Positions 47,546 to 60,300 of a stretch of DNA of 64,000 nt are shown here, piece by piece. Numbering within the stretch: position 1 is the first letter of the stretch; each line of letters opens with the position of its first letter. The notes under the pieces were generated by a model. It searched no databases, had not been told where the DNA came from, and worked only from the letters and a program-made list of their open reading frames with translations. Position numbers and translations under genes: made by a program. This DNA is from Chlorokybus atmophyticus (Eukaryota; Plantae; Mesostigma and Chlorokybus algae), in contig RHPI01002823.1 in NCBI GenBank assembly GCA_009103225.1, forward strand, positions 687,608 through 751,607, in the 5' to 3' direction.

Positions 47546-48440
47546 TCATGACTGCCCTGAGTCCTGCTCTTCCCTCACCCGCCTCTCCTCTTCCTCAAGC
47601 TTGCGAAAATCATACTCGGTAACCAAGCCTAGGTTGTCCACCAGCTTGTGGTACACATTACAACCGCCACACTGGCAACACGCGAGTAAGCATGCACACG
47701 CAGACACACGCACATGCACATGCAGAAGTCAACAGTCCAACAACAGCATTCAGTGTTACCATTACGAATACAGTTCCGCGCTTGTACGCCCACGGGTTGA
47801 CCAGCCGGGAAGTACGCGCGCCGCATGGCTTGCAGGTGAACTGCACCTGCAGGCGCCTCCTGGGGAGATCCAAGTCGACCTGGCAAGCAGCCGACGAATG
47901 TGTGGAATGTTCAATCACAAAGTGGGGAACTGCATGTAGGAGTAGTAAGACTTGCTGATCGACAGGCGTACCTGATTCAGTTCGACACCTTGCGGCGGAG
48001 CGTCTGCTTGCTGACTTGTTGAAGTTGTGGCGTCTACACAACAACAACAGTAGGAGGAGTTCAGCTCAGACCCTCCACAACGCGATGAAGTAAAACAATC
48101 ACACACAATTGACAATCAAGTAACACTTGCATGCACGTCGACAAATGACTGACCATGTCAATTTTCTAATCTTACCGTCCTGCTGTTGGCACGCAGCCAG
48201 CGTTGCCCTGCTGCCTGTACTCCAGTTGGTGCTTCTCCGCCTGCTTGCTTGCAATCTGATTGGCGCTCTATCGCTGCCTCGCCTGTAGCCCTTTGGAAAG
48301 GAGGCTGCCGCATGGGCGGCGGTAGGGGAGGCGGCAGGGGTGTCGTGGATGGCAGTGTGGTAGCCACTGCTGCCGGGCGCAGGCCGAGCTGCGGGTGCCG
48401 ACGCTGCCCAGGACGGACACGCGGACGTCGACGTCGACAT
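47546..48440 (-). CDS. DNL-type zinc finger (Zim17/HEP/ZR-like Hsp70 escort), probably plastid-targeted, 4 exons
   Basis: Spliced VDLDLPRRRLQVQFTCKPCGARTSRLVNPWAYKRGTVFVM/CGGCNVYHKLVDNLGLVTEYDF is a zf-DNL signature. Ser/Ala/Arg-rich N-terminus. Confidence 0.88.
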
Positions 48441-48848
48441 GCCTACGGCGGAGGAGGACGAGGATGATGAGGACGACGGCAAGGCCAAGGCGGAGGCGAC
48501 CGCCACGGATCAGTCAGTTGACTGCGATGTTAGCCTATTTAGGAGCTTCCTGTCCCCCTTTTCGCGGTTAGAACCGGCCGGAAAGCGATGTCGAGCGGCC
48601 ACGTCTATACGCTCGCACAGGGGCTTGTGTGACTGAGCGCACAAGGGCTTGTGCGCGGTCAAATGCATCACGTGACTTTGGTTCTAGTGCTGCTTGCCAC
48701 CAGGCCAGGCCGGGCCAGACACCAGGCCGGACACCAGGCCAAGCCAGGGAAGGGAAGGCTAGGCTAGGCTGAAGGCCAGGTCAGCGAGCGGGTGAAGCTT
48801 GTGCTTGTGTGCGCTGGTGTGGTGGTGGAGGCGGAGGCGGAGGGGGAC

Positions 48849-51089
48849 ATGGTGCAGGTGCTGATGGGGAGCCGCAGCCTGGCTGCTCGGGACAAGGTCA
48901 GGGTCAACGCAGAGATGAGAGAACAGACAACCATTATGAGAGAATATACAACATTAATGTTAACACAGGGAATGCGCAGCTTCAAGTCTGATACGTTGTC
49001 ACTAAAGCAAGTACAAAAGGCGTTTTGGACAACGCCCAGAGTGCTTGTCCGACAACGTGTGCACACTGCTGACCAATGACAGATCGTTGCTAATAACCCC
49101 CAACAAGCACTTGTTGATGGTTATAGCCCAATGTCATCTAATCCAACATGCACGCAATTCTAAAAACGACCTCAACAACAAAAACATGACTTGCGAAGTT
49201 GGATGGAGACACTGGCAGTGTCTATCTATCTACCGCTGTCTATCGCTGTCAACGCACCCCACCCACCCAGCCACACCCAGCCACACACACACACACGCAC
49301 ACACTCACGCAGGAGTCCCTAGCCGAGGACCTCCAGACCGCCAAGCGCGCTCTCCGTTCCGCCGAGGACGACCGCCGTCGCCTCACCGCCCGCGCGGGGA
49401 GACTGGCCGAGGAGAACCGGCGGTTGCGGGGAGGGGGAGGAGGAGGAGGAGGAGGAGGGGGGTTGGGATCGATGGTGATTAATGTGCCGAAGAATGGTAA
49501 GGGAAGGGGGATGGAGTGGAGTGGGGTTGGGTTGGGGTGATGGGTGTATGGGGCGTGAGAAAAGGGAGATGCATGCATGCAAGGCTCGTGCATGTTGTAC
49601 ATGCATACAGCTATCATTACATGAGAGTACCTGCACATGCACACGCAACTGCACAACACGCGCAACTGCACGCACGCACGCACGTACGCACGCACATGTG
49701 CGGTTCATAGGACTTTGACCGCGTATACACCACTTGCATCTACGCGCCCACCTATACACATGTGTCCCCCCACACTAGGCCCCTCGCGCCCCTCCAGCGC
49801 CACCCCCCGCCGCGCCAGCCACTCGAGCAGCCACAGCCTCCCCGCCAGTCGTCCCGACTCTCCTGCCGCCGCCGCGTTTACCTTCTCCGCCGTCCCCGCG
49901 TTGCTGTCCTCATCCGACACCGCCTCGGAAGTCGCCTCCGATGCCGATGCATCAGAAGCAGCGAGTAACGCGACGGGCAACGAGTTGGAGGGGACGCATG
50001 GAACAAGGGGAGAGGAGGGGGAGATGGCGAGGGAGTTGCAGAATGTAAAGGTAGGCAAACATGCACACCTGGATGGGTGGGTGGGTGAACGTGCGTGTGT
50101 GCGTACGTGCGTGTGCGTGTATGTGTGCGCATGTGCGCGTGCGTCTACATACATGCGTATGCATGTTTGTGTGCGTGGGCGTGCAAGTGTGCGCGCATGC
50201 GCGTGTGCAAAGCTGTGTGCCCGCCCGTGCGAGTTGCTGTGTCTGAGTGCACCCACAAGTGTGCATGCACATGTACGTATCTCTCGCATGCCACCAACAT
50301 GCAACCATCTCTCCACAGGAGCTCCTTCAGCATCTGATCCAGCAGAGCGAGCACAACACCCAAACCGCCACCAACACCACCAACAACAACGACAACGACA
50401 ACGACAAAAACAACAGCAGCCACGTGTGGGCGGCAGTGCGCTCCCTGCAGGACTCCCACGGGCAGATGAACGCGAGGTTGCAAACCCTCGGGGCCGAGTG
50501 CGCCGCCCTCAGACAGGTTGGTGCGATATACAGTATGTATGTTGTGTGCGCACACTTGGCGTGTAACTCACTGTTGCCCGGGCCAAAGCGCAGGACCTCA
50601 TGCGCGTGGCGGCCGAGCAGCGATTGGCAGACGGCTCGCAGGTGAGGGTGGGATGTGTCATGTCTTGGGTTGGTTGCTGTTGGTTGGTTCTGGTAACATC
50701 AACAACACACACACACACACACATGCGCACGCACGCAGAGTGGTATCGTGCGTGTGATGATCGAGCAGCAACGCCTCCAACACGAGACCCTTCTCGACCA
50801 GGTGCCTTATGCTCAGAGAAAAGCATAATAGAGTGTGTATCATACTACTGATCATGAGTAGCTCACCATCTGTCCTCTGCATTGACAAACAGGCCCGACA
50901 GCTTGCGGCTCACATGGCCGTCATCCAATCACCAGCGGCTCGCCTTCATCAGAATCAACATCAACAACAAGAACAACAAACGCCTTTGCAGTCTCTTACG
51001 GCCCACAGTGCGAGGGAGCGTGAAGTGAAGGAGGTCGAGTTCGAAGGCCACACAAAGGGTGAACTCGAAGAGTGTGAGAGTGAGAGTGA

Positions 51090-51120
<31 letters not shown>

Positions 51121-53342
51121 AATGAGGAGAAGGTGGCTTCGGTGTCTTTGCCGTGGTTGAAGAGCGTGAGTCAAAGAGGCAACTACAACAACAACGCGGA
51201 GCTGTATTCGAACGGAGACCCATCCCCTCAGGCTACCACCACAATTCCAACATCAATCTACCTGTCACCCGCGCAGCCACCCTTTGAACTCAGTTCTTCA
51301 ACCCCTCTCGAACCCAGTCTACCTAACACAAACACCAACACAGACAGCATCCCCGTCGTGCTCGCGCGCGAGGGTGCCGTCCTCTCCCGTCTCCTCGCCC
51401 GTGCGAGAGATGCGCTGGCCGACGGGCCAACAGTCGAGGGCGTCAAAGAGTGCGAAGAGAGAATTGTTGGGCAGATCGAGAGCGTGAACAGGGAAGCTGT
51501 GGAGGCCATACAGGCCATGAGAACGAACAAGAACGTGGTGCGTGCGTGCGTGCGTGCGTGCGCGTGGTGAATAGACGCTTGTGCCCCAACATGTTCATGT
51601 GCGTGTCTGCTGTGTTCTCTTTCTGCCACAGTTGGCTGCGGGAGACAAGCCTGCAGCAGAGAGCCAGCTGCGTCTACTGATATCATCGCTGGAGACCGAT
51701 ATCGGCGGGATCGCAGCTAGCACTGCGCGTTCGGGAGGAGCAACATCAAAGGCATGTCCCTCTCATATCCAATTGATGTACTGTTGCCATTTTGTGCCTG
51801 TGGAAGACAGACCCAATGTGTGCGCGTGTGCGTATGTGGTTGTATTGTGTTGATGTTGTGTTTTTGACACTTGCAGGCTTACGCTGCCAGCTTGGAAGCA
51901 GCACGTAAGCGCATACTCGACGCTGCACATGAGGTGAGAGTGCTTGCAAGATGCGTTACCCCCCCTTCAGAATGTCTGTCGTTGTCCTGCTCTTTACATA
52001 GGTGTGCGTGAACAGGCTGAAACGGATATCAGAGTTGAGCTGAACAACGTCAATGCCGACATTGACGCAGTCCTCAGCAAAGCTGGAGATGATATTGATG
52101 CAGTACTCCATGACATGTCTCAGGCAAGCAACTATAGAGTAATTGCAGAAAACAAGCAACCAAAGCAAGTACATACCAACTATGCTGATATCCTTGTTTG
52201 TGCAGATATTGATCACAGCAATGAGAGCTGCACAGCCCTCCAAATCGATAACTTCCGCGTCATTATCGGCCCTGCTGAGCGATATCGGCAAGCACGGGGC
52301 GCGTGGGGCGGACATACTCGCCACGCTCAAGCGTGACACACAAGCGCTTCTGGTTGATGTGGACTCAAGCCAAAGCGTTGCACATGCACATTTCCAGCGT
52401 GCGAAACATCGCCTCAACAGCGCATGTGCCGAGGCTCTCAGCAAAGTTGTGGACTCGATGAAATCGATGCCGTTGAGAGCGAGCAACGGGACTCTTCAGG
52501 TTGTGATCAAGCTGACAGAAGTGGCCGCTGAATGGGAGGTGAGTGACAAAGGACACGCATGCGCGCACACGTGCACATACATGCACGCATGCACACATAT
52601 ATGCACACACACATTTCTGTTACAGGCAACCACGAGCGGTATGTTGCCGGAGCAAATCCCTCTAGCAAGGGTGGCTAGCACAGAGGCATCCGCGGTGGCG
52701 TGCGTGGAGGGGGCGGGGCGGGTGGCATTGTGGGTGTTGAGGGGTTTAGACAAGGATCAGAGGGGAAGGGATGTTGACAAGGAGCTTGAGGCAGTTGCTG
52801 GCGTGGTGAGAGGTGCTGTTGTGTCGTGCGCGCAAATGCTCGCTTCAGCCTGGCGTTCCATGGCCAATGACGAAATCACCAATGCTAACGCTGATGAAGT
52901 CCACGCTGCCTCCGCCGCCTCCTGTGAACACGTGCTGGCACGCATGCGGGACGTTGCTGTCAACATTGCCACGACACTGCGCGAGTACGTGTCTGCATGC
53001 ACACCGAATTCCGTGCCAATCTAATCGAGAGCACTACACATGACACGTGCACGTGCACACACACACAGATACACGAGCCCACGCACGCACACATGCACGC
53101 ACCCGCGCACACAAGAGTGTGCGCGCACGAACACACACACACACACATACACTCCTTGCTTCAGGTTGCCCGAGGCGCAGCGCGAATCGAAGAGCGGCAT
53201 GGCGTTGCTGAAGCTGCTTGAGGAGGCCAGTGCGGATGTTCACAAGCTGGTCGATGCACTCGGCAGCAGGCACAGCGGCAGTGGTGATGGTAAAGTGGAA
53301 GTGGTGGTTGTACTAGGCACGCAGATAGCTGTTGGAAAGTAA
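48849..53342 (+). CDS. Uncharacterised coiled-coil/helical protein, multi-exon
   Basis: Exons with splice signals include MVQVLMGSRSLAARDK, ESLAEDLQTAKRALRSAEDDRRRLTARAGRLAEENRRL, ELLQHLIQQSE..QMNARLQTLGAECAALRQ, LARARDALADGPTVEGVKECEERIVGQIE, EQAETDIRVELNNVNADIDAVL, LPEAQRESKSGMALLKLLEEA..VGK*. Start and some joins are uncertain. Confidence 0.65.
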
Positions 53343-53881
53343 GTTGACATCTACTGGGAAGCCAGTGCAAAAATCACTGACACTGGCACTAGCGTGGATG
53401 TTGGCAACTGACCTGTGGATAAATAAACACTTTGCTGAAGTATACCTTCAGTCAAACATGCCACTTTTTTAGCAAGAAACACTGCCTGTAAAGGTTGCAA
53501 TGTCCGCAGTGCATGATTGATAGCGAGTGTCTGTGTAGGCATGTAAGCATGTAAGCGCCAGACAAGGCCGTCAACACTGAAAGCATCCCAAGCCAACAGC
53601 AGAGAAGAAGTTAGACAGGTCACAGACAATGAGCCTGTAGGCTGTTGGCAGGGTGTGCACTGGAAGAAGCCAATGCCCATTGCTACCGCTTTAGCTACCT
53701 TATCTTGAATTCTGCTGTGATATGTACATGTTTTACCTGAATAATGTCAGATATCCACTTGGCTTGCAACAGCATTGCCACAACGCCCAACAATGCACCT
53801 GACTACGCAACTGAATATGAACACAACAACAACACCTCATGTATAGGTAGGACCCCTGCATCATCATCATCATCGTCATCT

Positions 53882-55592
53882 TTACCACCCCTCATGTATG
53901 CGTTCCATCCGTTTAGCCAAGTCCTCCACAGCGGTGCGAGCAACACTGTTGTTGGCGTTGCTGTTGTTGGCGGCGGCGGCGTGGTTGAAGCCGTTGAGGC
54001 AGACGGTGAGGTGGCGTAGGGCGGATCGCCAGCACGCTGCCTCGCGTAAGCCCAGCGTCACGGAGGCCGTCACGCCGTACCGCGCTGCCGGTTGCGCCAT
54101 CGGAAAGAACTCGAGAGAGAACGAGGATGAGGACGACACCACCCCATCAAGGAACAGCGACGAGTGAGCGCCGTGGTACCTGATGCACACACGCGTTGGT
54201 CAATGCTAGCAAACAAGTGGGTGCCAACCATGTCTGTGTATGCTGCCGGTAGTTATGCTCCGCATCGATTCGTGCATGTTGTGTCCAATGCGTGCCAATG
54301 CGTGTGTAGCAGTGCTGACTGGGCAGTGCTATAGTAGTTACAATGCAATGATGCAGTGGTTGTGACGTACGGGTAATGGCAACTGCGGACGATGCGCGAG
54401 ACTTGCCCATGGGAGCACCGCACTGCATGCACCTGCACTTCAAAGCAGGAGCTCCAGTCGTAGGTCTCTCGCTCTTTCAAGCCTGAAGGCAGACAATGGT
54501 TATGTTTTAATACCCAAACCCAGTCATAGAGACAAACTGTTCACATCCTTTCGCCTTTGGTCTGCATTATGGCAGACATGCCACCCAACCACACAACGTC
54601 GTCCACAGGCTTACCACACACACATGCACACTCGCACGCGCCTGTGTTGGTGCAACACGAACATAATGGACACCCACCTGGCCAGTTGTGGCTGCAATTG
54701 TGCCCTCCATCGCAGTCGCCCGTCGCGGTCAAGTCAAACTCAAGGATCCATTGCGCATTTCCAGCAACAGCATCCTCGCACGGCAGCACTCTCTGCTCGA
54801 GGAGCTTGTCGCAGAAGAAGACGCTGCCGACGAACTTTACATCCGCGGCGTCTACGTACTCGAGGGGGAGCGGCATCTGATGATGATGATGTTGTTGGCC
54901 CGCCGTGTCTTGACTCGATTCAACCAGCAACGGTCTTCTCCTTTTGGGGTGAAAGTACTGCCACGAGTTCGTCTGCTCGGCCTGTGTCGCGTTCGCGTAC
55001 TGAGCGTACCGCTTGTGGAACGGCTTTCGGCTCGATGCACCAGCAGCCTGCACATCAACACAACTACACTCAGAGCATGAACTCGCTGCAAGTTGCAATC
55101 ATCAGTTGCACTGAATGCAAGCTGATGCATCAGAGTGTTGACGAGCGGGAGCAAAAGCAATCATTAAAACACTGCTGAGGTATCTCATATCGTTGGCATG
55201 CATGCCAGTAACAGGCACATATGGTCTGGCTCCTGCCAGGAGACAGAACATGTGTCTACTGCTATGCCCGTAGCAGAGTATGTTCAGCCAGGAGACGGTC
55301 TGCTACTGGCATGTGCCAGCCAGATGAGACTACACCAGAAAGATACCCTCTGTTACTGGCATGCACCACCCAACGTGTTATGCGCAGCCGTCTTTCTTGC
55401 CTCGTGAGCCTGGAGGAATGTGGGCCAGTCGCGCAAGCAGTGCTTCTGCCAGAGCGTGTCGGCGGAGGCGGCCTGCTGCCAAAGCCGACTCACACATGTG
55501 GCCTGAACAAGGCTGCCCTCGTCCAGCCACGCAAACACGCTCTCCAGCTCATCACGGCCCAACTGCGCCAATGCTGGCGTCGCAGCAGCCAT
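53882..55592 (-). CDS. F-box protein with unrecognised C-terminal region
   Basis: ATG 55592: MAAATPALAQLGRDELESVFAWLDEGSLVQATCVSRLWQQAASADTLWQKHC (F-box). Further exons at ~55050-54670, ~54485-54420 and ~54180-53882; the last join is not fully resolved. Confidence 0.75.
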
Positions 55593-56204
55593 CCTTGTTG
55601 GTTGGTTGGTTGCAAGTTCCCTTCCAGCTCAGTTTAGCCCCGCCTCATCCTTCAGCGCATTCACTCAACAGACCTGTTTAAACAGACAGAAACAGCTGTC
55701 TGAACACAGGTGTGACGCTTCTGTTACAAGGAACTGGACCGGGGAAGGGTTTTGTTGGATCATAAGCAATGCAGGGCTGGTGTGGTCTTATGCTGTGAGT
55801 TGATAGCGACACATTGTACAGTCATGGTCACACAGTCCAGCAAGGGGAGACCTTGCCCCCCCCCCTCCCCCCCCGCCCCCAATGCACACCAACACAAAGA
55901 GAAGCTTCTCACACAATGCGGTGCTGTATACTGCAGTTTATTTGCTGCCTTGTGCCTTTGGCCGGGTTACTGCCAGAAAAAGACATGCCAAAACACTCCA
56001 CGCTACACTGCGTAGTGGCTTCTAGCTGCATTGGCACGGTTGAAGGGGGGCATCCATCCGACCAAAACACCAAGCTAAGGCCTCAAATTACGCTACCAAG
56101 TGACATTTAGGCCACATTGCACCCATTGCCAAGCTAGGGCAGGTGGTGATTGAGGTGGGCCTGGTCAGCATGCAGATTTGACAAGCACGTGCTGCAGTGA
56201 AGTC

Positions 56205-56570
56205 AACAGCAGCAGCGGCGGTTACTCACCCAGCAAGCGAGCGCAGGACAAAGGCCAATTTCACACGTGGTTGCATAATGCATAATGTCCTTCTCCGCCA
56301 CCTGGTCCACCTCCGGCAGCTCCTTCTCCGCCGCCGCCTCCAGGTTGGCGCCAATGCACTGTGTGCCACCCAGTGGTTTGTATTGACCAGTACTGGTCAG
56401 CGAATGCAGCCTGCAAGGGACCACACAGGATGCCCGCCCGCAGGCGAGCCGCGTACAATTGCAGCGCGCGACACCACCGCACGTTTGCTCTGCAGTTTAC
56501 GAGCTCGCATATCATTAAAGTTCGTGAGTGGACAAAGCGATGCCCTGGTGTGGTATGGTACGCTCAGCTG
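56205..56570 (-). CDS. Possible exons of a small unidentified gene between the PPR and F-box genes
   Basis: An acceptor cccttgcag and donor TGG|gtgagt flank an open exon (..GANLEAAAEKELPEVDQVAEKDIMHYATTCEIGLCPALACW). An upstream Arg/Ala/Ser-rich open stretch reads MVQLSVPYHTRASLC. No family recognised. Confidence 0.3.
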
Positions 56571-57389
56571 CACCATGCGAGCGTGACGGGAAAAGTTTAA
56601 CGTCTGCAAGTCGCTGGTTCCCTCGTCGTCATCAGACTGCATGCACGGCTGCCGAAAGGGCTGCCGGAAGGGCCTTTGCACAGCAACTTCAAGGCAAGTT
56701 GAGGCGCTAAGCAGTTAGATAACCTGCTGCATATATGCGATGAAATTGTGCCAAGATGGCAACCACACTGCATTCAATAAACAAGCTGTGCCACACAAGC
56801 GCAACCTTGCGGATGCATTTGCACATGACAACCAAATTGGCAAGCATGCAACAAGATACAATGAAGTGCATCAGAGGGCTGGGTACGAGCCTAATGCAAC
56901 AAAACGCAAACAGCGGCAGCAAGGCGGCGTTGTATAATTGGCAACGACGCAACACAGCGACACGACACGACAGTGATGACGCTGGAGTACTACTTGCGTG
57001 GCAACCGCTGTGCATGGCGACGAATTTGGAGCTGTGCCGGTCTGAAATAAGAAGTAGAGCTCACCAAGCCATCCACGACGAGAGCTGGTTCCGGGTGTGG
57101 TAGTCACACTGTTGAGTGGCTTGCAGATCACTTAGACCTCTGTGCAATTTTTGACCTGATTTGATTATGTCTGCGCATGATTGGGATGCTACGCACAACT
57201 CATGTTGAATCTTGACCCAACAGCTCAAACATGCTCCGATTCAACCTTCTACTTTCCAACAGTTATTAATGTGTCATGTGGCTGCAATGTGGGCCAATTG
57301 TTTGAAGTGATGAATGAGCGTGCGTAGCACAATTGCATGGGAGCTCTAGCTTATCTTGAGCAGATAACTGTCTTTGCAGCTTCAGTCCA

Positions 57390-60300
57390 TCACCACAGTC
57401 CAGTTGAGATGACTGCCGAACCCGCCGCAGCAATGGCTGCAGATGCAATGGCAACTGCTGTTTGTTGATCCTGCGACAATCCCGTATGAGATTGTGTTGT
57501 GCACAACATGATTGCAGGATGTAAAAGCATGTGCTTGCTGGCAGATAGCTTGATATCATCAGCGTATGCGCACGTACCTGTACAGTTTTAACACCACGCT
57601 TGCCAATGGCCAATATGTGGTCCTTTGTGGCAGCATTGGGTTGAATGTCGAGTCTCTTCATCTCCGCGTACAGTGCAAGCGCTGTGGTCCACTGCTCCGC
57701 ACGCTCACAAGCCTGTAAAGAATAGGTGTTGAACAGTGGCGATCATAATGATTGCGTGCTAATGCTTCTGACAGGATGAGAGGTGCTTCCAGCAGTCACC
57801 TGTATGAGGGCGTTGAAGACATGCACTGTGAGTTTGCATCCCAACTCCTCCATCACCTGCCGCTGCGCCAGTGCTTGCCTCCAGTGCCCACTGCAACATC
57901 CACACCAACGTCATGCTGTTGTTTAGCGCACAGCTTGCTGTCATCAGTACCAAACTCAAAGCTTTGAAAACATGCTATGATCTAACAGATTTCACCTGTT
58001 TGAGTAGGCTTCCACTAAGCCTACAATTGCATAGTCTCTAGGCTTGTAACCGGCAGCAAGCATGTTATCAAACGCAGCTTGTGCCTTAACATGCTGGCCC
58101 GCTTTACCATATGCAGCTACGAGCGTCTCCCATGCCACAATGTCCGGAGTTGGCATCTCCTGCAATAAAAGCAATATCACATCAATAAGATACACAACAA
58201 TTTAATGGTGGATGGACACCAAAGCAGTATTTCACATTACATCTTGGCCAACATCTAAGTTACCTTGAATAGGCGTTCGACATGTTGCAACTGGCCAGAT
58301 TTCCCGCAAGCACTCATCGCAGTAGTCCAGAGGTAGTTGCTGCGCTCTATGCCCAAGTCTGTAGCCAGCTGAAGCATAGAAAGCGCTCCTTGCCAGTTCT
58401 GCACCTTCTCATAAGCATGCACCATAGACCTGATGAAGCAAAACTGTCAACTACTGCGTCTGCACCAACATGGCCACGAAGACACAACAACCCCTGAGCA
58501 ACGTGACACACCCATGACCACGCATGCACGCTTACCCGAGAACAACAACGTTGGGTGTGGATCCTGCATGCTGCATCTCACGCAGCAAGTGTTCTGCGCG
58601 CTCGCACTGCCATGACTCGGCCACGGCTTTGATAATAGCAGCATAAGTGTACTCGTTTGGGGTGCATTCCATGGAGTAGAAGAGCTGCAGTGCTTCCTGC
58701 CACTTGCCGGCAGTGCCGAGCGCAGCCAACAACGAGACATAGATATGCGCGTTGCATTCCACGCCATATCTCTTTCTCAAAGAATAAATGTCCAATGCGC
58801 GCTGCCAGTTGCCCATGCCAGCGCTTGCTTTTATTGCCGTGCTGAATATATACACATCTGCATGAAATGCATGCCTGTCATTGCTGTAACAGAGGAAATT
58901 CTGCCCGAATCACCCAGAAACCTGCAACACTCTGCAGCAATCCTGACCTGGGACAATGCCAGATGACTGCATCTCGCTGAAGTATTCCACCGTATCTTCC
59001 CACTTTTCAGCTTTACAGCAAGCCGTTAGAATTGCACTATACGTAAATGCATTCGGCTTTGCTCTGTATCGCAAGAGGCGTGTGTCAGCCCTCTGTCAAG
59101 CTCTTCCACAACCAATGCACACGAAGCCAACCAAAGTTGATGTGCTTTAGTGCAGGTTCTGCATGACTGTCTTTGCATGATTGTGGTAAGCGAGCCGACG
59201 ACATTTCCGACACATACACCAACATCATTCAACCCACCATTCAACGTACCCAAGCAACTTCATGCGTTGGAAGGTGGTTGCAGCTTCATCTATCCTACCA
59301 GCGTCACCAAGGCTGGATATTAACGCAGTCCAGAAGTGGACATTGCGCACTGCAGCCTCTTCGTCTGCATGTGCCTGGATAAATCTATCACAGAGCTGTT
59401 GCGCCTTGTCCACTTGCTGGTACTTGCTGTACACTCGGAACATAACTGTACAATGGTGCGTGTTGGGTGAATACCTGCACAATACAGTCATGCTGTGACA
59501 CTCTGCAATGTCACGCCTAAGGCGTGATTGCGACAAGCAACAAGCAAAGGGTTCGCAACACCCATTTCAATGTGATTGCCACCTATCGTATATCAACTAG
59601 GCTCGCGCGAGTTAGTTGAAACATTTCCTCCACACAGAGCATCTCTTACCCGTTCCGTTCCAGCCACTCAAAGTTTGCAACTGCGCGGTCAGTACTCAGC
59701 CGCTTGAGGCCGAACAACACGTCTTTTTCCTGCTCTTCGGCCTCGGCTGCTGGCAAGCTTTCTCTCAGCTTGTCACGAGCCGCCAATGTGCTCTTCACAT
59801 GCAACATCTGCCATAGCAGAAGCAGGTTTGACCTGTAAGCGCACATGCAACCATCCAAATTGGGACGCAGCAGCGCCATACTTTGCACAACATACTTGCC
59901 GAGGATGCATTCCATGTCTCACCCTCAGTAACTCCGGTGGACACGGATCCGGGTCAAAGCTGCTTGAGCCAAAGTTGCTTGGCTTGCGGCCACTGCGCTT
60001 GGCATGTTGTGACGTTGATTTATGTGTTTGAGTGTGGTTGTTCGCTTCCTTCTCCACAACTGTGCTTGCAACTGTAAACCTCTCACTGCTGCGGTCCAGC
60101 CGTGGCTCTATCCTAAAAGAAGTGGTTGAGCACGCCTGACCATCACCAACAACAGTACTCTTCTGGTTGGGAGCTGCAACGCGTAGGGTAACGGTAGCTA
60201 AGCCGCCTGCAGTGCGGTCTACCCGTGGCTCTATTCTGAAGGAGGTGGTTGAACAAGCCTGACCATCGCTGTCACCATCACTAGAGTGCTCACGCTCAAG

